64,000 nucleotides of DNA from an uncultured SAR86 cluster bacterium (GTDB lineage Bacteria > Pseudomonadota > Gammaproteobacteria > Magnimaribacterales > D2472), in the NCBI GenBank assembly GCA_902627055.1, contig CACOHS010000003.1, positions 65,490 through 129,489 on the forward strand, in the 5' to 3' direction. The stretch's first letter is position 1. Each line of letters opens with the position of its first letter. A program made the position numbers and the translations under genes. Shown in pieces: positions 57,992-64,000 of the stretch. Below the pieces are notes generated by a model that worked only from the letters and a program-made list of their open reading frames with translations, ran no database searches and was not told where the DNA came from.

Positions 57992-59250
57992 TTGATACTC
58001 CAAAAAACTTAACAAAAAATATACTTATTGGTCTGATTCTAGGTTTCGTTGCTGGCTCCTTTCTTTTTTACACGGATTTTTTACCAAGTCAGATTGATGA
58101 TTTTATAGAAAAATATGTCTTTAATCTTGGAGGAGATATTTTTATGAATCTCCTAAAGTTACTAGTTGTGCCATTAGTTTTCTTTTCTTTGGTATCGGGC
58201 ATTTCATCTTTAGGGAGTTCACAATCTTTAGGCAAATTAACATTTAAAACAGTTGGATTTTATTTATTAACAACTGGTATAGCTGTATCTTTAGCCCTAA
58301 TCGCAGGTTCGTTTTTTCAACCTGGTTCCAATTATGCTTCTGATTTACCAATGGCAGCACCAAGCTCTTTGCCTCAGGGTCAAGGTATCTACTCAACTAT
58401 TGTAGGAATTTTCCCCTCAAACATCATTCAAGCCATGGCAGAAAATCAAATGCTAGCAATAGTTTTCTTTAGTATTATATTTGGCCTTGCTTTGAATAAG
58501 ACTAATCATTTAACGGGCAATTTAAGCGATTCATTTTCAAAGTTAAATACAGTATTTTTGCAATTGATTGTCATGATAATGAGTTTTGCGCCCTTGGGTG
58601 TTTTTTGCTTAATTGGAAAATTTGTTATCGCTGATGGGCTTGATATATTTCAAGATGTTGTTGCATATGTTGTTTTGCTAATTTCTCTTCTATTATTTCA
58701 TGCAGCTTTTACTTACTCTTTTTTTCTTAAGGCCATAGGTGGTTTAAATCCATTAACTTTTTTTCGAAAGATGAAAGATGTTGCTTTATTTGCATTTTCT
58801 ACTTCATCAAGCGCGGCAACCATTCCAGTTACTCTGAGAACAGCCAATCAAGATTTAGGCGTTAATCAGAATGTAGCCTCTTTTGTGGTGCCAGTAGGAG
58901 CAACTATAAATATGGATGGAACTGCTATCATGCAAGGCTTAGCAACAGTATTTATTGCGCAAATGTCTGGCATTGATCTAACACTATTTCAGTATGTTCA
59001 AGTTGTGTTATTAGCTGTTGCGACCTCAATTGGAACAGCTGCCGTCCCGTCAGCGGGAACAATTACTCTAATAATAATTTTGCAACAATTTAACTTACCA
59101 CTTGAAGCAATTGGAATCATTCTAGCTGTTGATAGAGTGTTAGATATGATCAGAACTTCGGTAAATGTTACCGGAGATGCAGCAATTGCGTGTATAGTTG
59201 CGAAAACAGAGAATCAATTGGATGAAAATATTTTCAATTCAAAGGGTTAA
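57988..59250 (+). CDS. Dicarboxylate/amino-acid:cation symporter (DAACS, GltP-like)
   Basis: 420 aa with [19 protein letters not shown] and [16 protein letters not shown] motifs. Confidence 0.85.
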   Translation: MIDTPKNLTKNILIGLILGFVAGSFLFYTDFLPSQIDDFIEKYVFNLGGDIFMNLLKLLVVPLVFFSLVSGISSLGSSQSLGKLTFKTVGFYLLTTGIAVSLALIAGSFFQPGSNYASDLPMAAPSSLPQGQGIYSTIVGIFPSNIIQAMAENQMLAIVFFSIIFGLALNKTNHLTGNLSDSFSKLNTVFLQLIVMIMSFAPLGVFCLIGKFVIADGLDIFQDVVAYVVLLISLLLFHAAFTYSFFLKAIGGLNPLTFFRKMKDVALFAFSTSSSAATIPVTLRTANQDLGVNQNVASFVVPVGATINMDGTAIMQGLATVFIAQMSGIDLTLFQYVQVVLLAVATSIGTAAVPSAGTITLIIILQQFNLPLEAIGIILAVDRVLDMIRTSVNVTGDAAIACIVAKTENQLDENIFNSKG

Positions 59251-59307
59251 TTACTAATTAAATTTAATTTTATTTGATAAAATTTAACGCTTGTTAATAG
59301 GAGAGAA

Positions 59308-61299
59308 ATGATGAATGTATTAATTGCCCCTGCATTGGGTGTTCTTGGTTTGATTGCCGCTTTTGTGGTGTTTAGTTTGGTCATGCGTTATTCAGATGGA
59401 ACTGATCAAGTGAAAAAGATTGGTGATGAAATTCATAAGGGTGCAATGAAATTCATGAAAACAGAATATACCTATTTATTGATCTTTGTAGCCGTATTGG
59501 TTGTTCTGGTTGCAACATTTCTTACTATTCAGTCTGCGATTGCGGTCGTGGTTGGAGCTGCTTGCTCATCGTTAGCTGGATTTATTGGAATGTATGCCGC
59601 AACAAAAGCAAATGTAAGAACTGCAACAGCAGCCCAACAAGATGGCGCAGCAGCTGCATTAAGTGTTTCATTTTATGGTGGTTCGGTCATGGGATTGTGT
59701 GTCGCGTCTCTTGGTCTAATTGGTTTAGGAGGTCTCTTCTATTTCTTCAGTGAATCTCATGTTCATGCTCTTGAAGGATTTGGAATGGGTGCATCGGTTG
59801 TAGCTTTATTCTCTCGTGTTGGCGGAGGTATTTTTACTAAGAGTGCTGATGTAGGAGCAGACCTAGTAGGTAAGATTGAAGCAGGAATTCCTGAAGATGA
59901 TCCAAGGAATCCAGGAGTTATTGCTGACAATGTTGGTGATAATGTTGGAGATGTTGCTGGAATGGGGTCAGATATATTTGAGTCTTATTGCGGATCAATG
60001 ATTGCCTCAATTGCTATAGCATACACACTAGGCTCTAAAGAAATGATGATGTTTCCTTTGGCTTTAACATCAATTGGACTAATAGCTTCTATCATTGGAA
60101 TAGTAATTGTTAAATTACAATCAGCGAAAGCTCCCGCAAGTGCTTTGCGATCTGGAACACTTTTAGCTCCAGTAATTTTTATAGTCATGGCATATTTTTT
60201 AACAAACAGTATGGCTGGAGTATCAATGAATGTCTGGTGGGCTGTTGTTTGTGGAGCTGTTGGAGGAGTCCTAATTGGATTAATTACTGAATACTACACT
60301 GGTGGAGCTCCAGTTCAAAAAATTGCTGAGTCTGGAGAAACTGGTTCAGCAACTGTTATGATTTCAGGTCTTTCTGTTGGAATGCAGTCCGTTGTAATTC
60401 CAATTTTAGTTTTAGCAACAATTATTCTTATATCAACGACTCTATCTGGTGTATATGGAGTTGGTGTTGCGGCTGTAGGTATGCTTTCAACCGTCGGAAT
60501 TACCATGGCTATTGATGCGTATGGTCCTGTAGCAGATAATGCTGGCGGAATTGCGGAGATGGCAGGAATGGGTGAGGATGTTAGAGAGATTACTGATTCC
60601 TTAGATGAACTTGGCAATACAACAGCAGCTATTGGAAAAGGCTTTGCTATCGGAGCTGCGGCTCTAGCAGCACTAGCAATTATTTCTGCATTCTCAGCTG
60701 TTGTAAGTCTTAATTTTGGTGAAGCATTTACTTTGTCTCTTGGTCAACCAATTGTATTGGTTGGTATGTTTATTGGAATATGTATTCCCTTTTTAATTTC
60801 TTCAATCACTATGACAGCTGTTGGAGATGCTGCTTTTGAAATGATTAATGAGATTAGAAGACAATTCAGAGAAATTGCCGGTTTGATGGAAGGCAATGCT
60901 GATCCTGACTCAGAAAAATGTGTTGAGATAGCAACTAAAGCTGCTTTAAAGAAAATGATGTTACCCGGTGTCATTGCAGTAGCAATGCCAGCAGTGGTTG
61001 GATTCGGTCTTGGTGCTATGGCTTTAGGTGGAATGCTTGCAGGCGGTCTTTTAGGCTGTGTTGCTCTTGCCTTATTCATGGCAAATGCAGGCGGTGCTTG
61101 GGACAATGCTAAGAAATATGTTGAGAAGGGCAACTTTGGTGGCAAGGGTTCAGATACTCATGCAGCAGTTGTTGTTGGAGACACAGTTGGTGATCCATTC
61201 AAAGACACCTCTGGACCCTCGATGAACATCTTAATTAATGTTATGGCAATTGTAAGTTTAGTTATAGCTCCATTATTAACATTGAATGGCATGTTATAA
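59308..61299 (+). CDS. hppA: Membrane-bound ion-translocating pyrophosphatase, K+-dependent signature
   Basis: 663 aa with [27 protein letters not shown] and [14 protein letters not shown] motifs. Confidence 0.95.
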   Translation: MMNVLIAPALGVLGLIAAFVVFSLVMRYSDGTDQVKKIGDEIHKGAMKFMKTEYTYLLIFVAVLVVLVATFLTIQSAIAVVVGAACSSLAGFIGMYAATKANVRTATAAQQDGAAAALSVSFYGGSVMGLCVASLGLIGLGGLFYFFSESHVHALEGFGMGASVVALFSRVGGGIFTKSADVGADLVGKIEAGIPEDDPRNPGVIADNVGDNVGDVAGMGSDIFESYCGSMIASIAIAYTLGSKEMMMFPLALTSIGLIASIIGIVIVKLQSAKAPASALRSGTLLAPVIFIVMAYFLTNSMAGVSMNVWWAVVCGAVGGVLIGLITEYYTGGAPVQKIAESGETGSATVMISGLSVGMQSVVIPILVLATIILISTTLSGVYGVGVAAVGMLSTVGITMAIDAYGPVADNAGGIAEMAGMGEDVREITDSLDELGNTTAAIGKGFAIGAAALAALAIISAFSAVVSLNFGEAFTLSLGQPIVLVGMFIGICIPFLISSITMTAVGDAAFEMINEIRRQFREIAGLMEGNADPDSEKCVEIATKAALKKMMLPGVIAVAMPAVVGFGLGAMALGGMLAGGLLGCVALALFMANAGGAWDNAKKYVEKGNFGGKGSDTHAAVVVGDTVGDPFKDTSGPSMNILINVMAIVSLVIAPLLTLNGML

Positions 61300-61325
61300 A
61301 AAGAAGAAAACTCAAAAAAATAATT

Positions 61326-61348
61326 AACCCGCATTAGCGGGTTTTTTA
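61326..61348 (+). terminator. Rho-independent terminator after hppA
   Basis: AACCCGC-ATTA-GCGGGTT followed by TTTTT. Confidence 0.7.
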
Positions 61349-61404
61349 TTTCTCATTTAATATAGATTCTAAGAATGATAATTTAAATAAGAGAGGTAAA
61401 TAAT

Positions 61405-61809
61405 ATGAATCAAGTAGCACTTCTAACACCAGTTCTAGTTTTAACGCTTTGGACTTTTATAATTTTTTTAGTTATGGCCTTCGGCAGAGTTACATCTATG
61501 AAAAATCCTCAGGATGCAGCACACACAAAAGACATTCAAGGAACTATGCCAGCTTGGGTTGAAAGGACTTCAGATAACTATAATCACCTTTTTGAACAAC
61601 CCGTTGCATTTTATGCTGTTACTTTGTCAATTGCCTTAATTAATAATTTTGACTCTTTTATGGTGCAACTTGCATGGGCATTTGTAATATTAAGAATTCT
61701 TCATTCACTCGTTCAATTAACAATTAATATTGTCTTAGTAAGATTCTTATTATTTGCATCAGGATGGTTGGTTATCGCTTATATGACATATTCTCAACTC
61801 TTTGGTTAG
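61405..61809 (+). CDS. MAPEG family membrane protein (second copy in the window)
   Basis: 134 aa, 4 TM, with NLFEQPVAFY-type and RILHS motifs. Confidence 0.65.
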   Translation: MNQVALLTPVLVLTLWTFIIFLVMAFGRVTSMKNPQDAAHTKDIQGTMPAWVERTSDNYNHLFEQPVAFYAVTLSIALINNFDSFMVQLAWAFVILRILHSLVQLTINIVLVRFLLFASGWLVIAYMTYSQLFG

Positions 61810-61850
61810 ATTATTAAGTATATTATTATTAAATACATTGGAGACTTAAA

Positions 61851-62177
61851 ATGAAAAAATATTTTGTTCTAGCATTCACCATGTTGTTTTGTAACACTTC
61901 ACAAGCAGCTGTATACATGATTGATTTCAAGTGTGATCAAGAGGCATATAAAGTTTTTGCCACCATGACGTTAGATGAACTTGATGATCAATTTCTAGAG
62001 GGCTCTAAAAAGCTTGCTAGATATCATGATCTCACCACTGGCAGTGGAATAGTCTTAGTAGAAGCCGATGAACCGGCTCTTGTAATTGAATTTGCTAATG
62101 GTTGGAGCGAAGTGTGTGAATCTTTGATAGTTCCTGTTGTTGATGATAAAGAGGCAATGGAAATATTGACTAGATAA
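61851..62177 (+). CDS. Small secreted hypothetical protein, possibly DUF3303-like
   Basis: Signal peptide. YMIDFK...W...C.SL.VPVV resembles the DUF3303 pattern. Weak call. Confidence 0.4.
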   Translation: MKKYFVLAFTMLFCNTSQAAVYMIDFKCDQEAYKVFATMTLDELDDQFLEGSKKLARYHDLTTGSGIVLVEADEPALVIEFANGWSEVCESLIVPVVDDKEAMEILTR

Positions 62178-64000
62178 CTAAGCGTCAGCAAAAGCTATAG
62201 AGCCTGAGATCCATCTTTCTATCAACTGATTAGCAAGCTCAGGCTCCTTATTACATATTGATTCAGCAACTTTTTTGGTTTCCATGAGATACTGACTGTC
62301 TCTAACTAAATTGGTGTACTTCATCGGAACAATTCCTGTTTGTTGCGCACCCATGATTTCTCCAGGACCTCTTATGATTAGGTCTTCTTCTGCGATTTTA
62401 AAGCCATCTTGAGAATCTACTAATACCTGTAGTCTTTGGGAGGAAACATCTTGAATCTTATCTTTATGAAGAAGAATACAAAAGCTTTCCTTAGTGCCTC
62501 TGCCTATCCTTCCTCTTAGTTGATGCAATTGTGCTAAACCAAACCTTTCAGCGTTTTCAATTACCATGATATCTGCATCAGGAATATCAACTCCAACCTC
62601 AACAACAGTTGTTGATACTAAGATTGAAGTTTTAGAATCTTTGAAAGCTTGAACTTGCTCTTGTTTTTTAATTGCTGATAACTTGCCATGCAGGCAACCA
62701 ACTTTATCTTGACCAAAATGCTCAGATAAATCTTCGTGGGTTTCCATGACAGCATTCAAATCTAAGTTCTCAGATTCTTCGATTAAGGGGCATATCCAAT
62801 ACACTTTGCTACCTTTTTTTGTAGCAGCTGAGATTCTTTGAATGAGTTTTTCTTTTCCACTTAGGGGCAAGCATGATGTTTGAATTGATTTTCTGCCAGG
62901 CGGCAATTCATCTATCACTGAAACATCCATGTTTGCATATACGCTCATCGAAAGTGTTCTTGGAATTGGAGTGGCTGTTAATGTGAGCTGATGAGGTGCA
63001 GATTTTTCAGAATCATTTTTCTTCCTTAGAGCCAGTCTTTGATTTACACCAAACCTATGCTGCTCATCGATGATAATGAGAGCAAGATTAGAAAACTCAA
63101 CACTTTTTTGGAACAAAGCATGAGTTCCAACTAATAATTTAATCTTACTATCCTTGAGATCCTCTAAGACTTTTTTTCTTTTGCTTTTAGATGTGCTGCC
63201 AGTAAGAAGGGCTATTTTCACTGCTTGTTTGTTAAAAAATGATTGCAAACTAATAAAATGCTGCTCTGCTAGGAGTGTAGTTGGGGCCATAAAAGCAACC
63301 TGAAAAGATGAATCAAGAGCCAACGCTGCAGCTAATGCGCCCACCACTGTTTTTCCCGACCCAACATCCCCTTGGATCAATCGCATCATAGGAACTTCTT
63401 GTGCTAGATCCTCTTTAATTTCACTTATAACCCTAGCTTGGGCCCCAGTTAATTCAAAAGGAAAATTTAATTTAACTTCTGCTGTCCATTCACTTTCTTT
63501 TGACAATGAAAAGGCATGGTGCCGTTTTTGCTTGCGTTTTAAAAAAGCCATGCCGGCTTGAAATGCAATCATTTCTTCTTTTAACAATCTAACTCTTGCT
63601 GGATGAGAGCCACCAGGTAACATTTCATTAATATCATTATCTGCTTCAGGATTGTGGATTATTTGAAGGGCATCAATAATTTTCATGTTTAAAGATGCGT
63701 CATATTTTTCAACATCAAGAAAGTCTTCTTCAAAATCTAATTTTGAAATTGCAGCCTGAATAAATCCTCTAATTTTTTTTTGTCCTATTCCTTTAGGCAC
63801 TCTGTATACAGGTGTTAATTTTTTATCTTTTAATTCATGATCATGAGATATAACCTCATATTCTGGGTGGATCATTTCTAATCCATATCTACTCAAGCTC
63901 ACTTTTCCGTAGCATAAAAGCTCAGTTCCAGCCTTCAGCTGCTTCGTTTGAGCAGGATGGAAATAAAAAAAACGAATATTAATATTTGAATATGCATCAG
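62178..64000 (-). CDS. recG: ATP-dependent DNA helicase RecG; the N-terminus continues beyond the window
   Basis: GDVGSGKT is Walker A and DEQHRFG is the DEQH box. Helicase motifs III-VI are present. The frame stays open upstream of the GTG at 63902 (…HPAQTKQLKAGTELLCYGKV, wedge domain). Confidence 0.92.
   Translation of the reverse strand, partial: DAYSNINIRFFYFHPAQTKQLKAGTELLCYGKVSLSRYGLEMIHPEYEVISHDHELKDKKLTPVYRVPKGIGQKKIRGFIQAAISKLDFEEDFLDVEKYDASLNMKIIDALQIIHNPEADNDINEMLPGGSHPARVRLLKEEMIAFQAGMAFLKRKQKRHHAFSLSKESEWTAEVKLNFPFELTGAQARVISEIKEDLAQEVPMMRLIQGDVGSGKTVVGALAAALALDSSFQVAFMAPTTLLAEQHFISLQSFFNKQAVKIALLTGSTSKSKRKKVLEDLKDSKIKLLVGTHALFQKSVEFSNLALIIIDEQHRFGVNQRLALRKKNDSEKSAPHQLTLTATPIPRTLSMSVYANMDVSVIDELPPGRKSIQTSCLPLSGKEKLIQRISAATKKGSKVYWICPLIEESENLDLNAVMETHEDLSEHFGQDKVGCLHGKLSAIKKQEQVQAFKDSKTSILVSTTVVEVGVDIPDADIMVIENAERFGLAQLHQLRGRIGRGTKESFCILLHKDKIQDVSSQRLQVLVDSQDGFKIAEEDLIIRGPGEIMGAQQTGIVPMKYTNLVRDSQYLMETKKVAESICNKEPELANQLIERWISGSIAFADA

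Noticed and set aside
1-64000. CRISPR arrays, IS elements, MITE families, prophage genes, toxin-antitoxin pairs and known defence systems.
   Set aside because: I found no regularly spaced repeats, no transposase, integrase or phage-like ORFs, and no short paired ORFs with toxin-antitoxin features by eye. A proper repeat finder could still reveal short dispersed repeats that I cannot detect manually.

Overview
This window is an AT-rich, very gene-dense chromosomal segment. It holds about 75 protein genes and one tRNA. Most intergenic gaps are under 100 bp, and many neighbouring genes overlap by 4-20 nt or meet stop-to-stop.

The gene content and order are gammaproteobacterial, most like Pseudomonas or Oceanospirillales: yggS-proC-yggT-metX-metW-rdgB, efp/argS, rppH...lgt-thyA-folA, mutY-yggX, ubiC-ubiA, ntrB-ntrC, rpoH-trmB and recG. 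A streamlined marine lineage such as SAR86 is only a guess based on base composition and compaction.

I found no CRISPR array, transposase, integrase, prophage or recognisable defence island. Most of the window is ordinary housekeeping DNA, and I cannot point to an unambiguous wholly new system.

The parts most worth a second look are:
1. A six-gene TonB2-type energiser cluster (DUF3450, TtpC-like, ExbB, ExbD, TonB, TPR) with no adjacent receptor and no Fur box.
2. A eukaryote-like type II glutamine synthetase (glnII) sitting where glnA normally sits ahead of ntrBC. It has a clear sigma-54 promoter, two perfect NtrC palindromes, and a terminator that directly abuts the ntrB ribosome-binding site.
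3. A co-directional four-gene set of amino-acid-modifying enzymes (DpaL-like, PhyH dioxygenase, prolyl aminopeptidase, ThrC-like) with no obvious known pathway.
4. A small block next to tRNA-Phe holding a sulfotransferase, an unusual glycosidase-like lipoprotein, a D-aminoacylase and an SDR.
5. A decayed 112-bp tandem duplication of the DUF1249/yqiA gene junction.
6. trmB, whose conserved N-terminus is encoded where no ATG, GTG or TTG start exists, in frame with rpoH.
7. A 57-aa rubredoxin missing from the ORF track and ATGA-coupled to an amino-acid/dicarboxylate symporter.
8. A strong sigma-70 promoter with a Fur box ahead of an Fe(III) ABC transporter.

All functional calls come from reading the translated ORFs for motifs and from remembered family knowledge. 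No database search was run.
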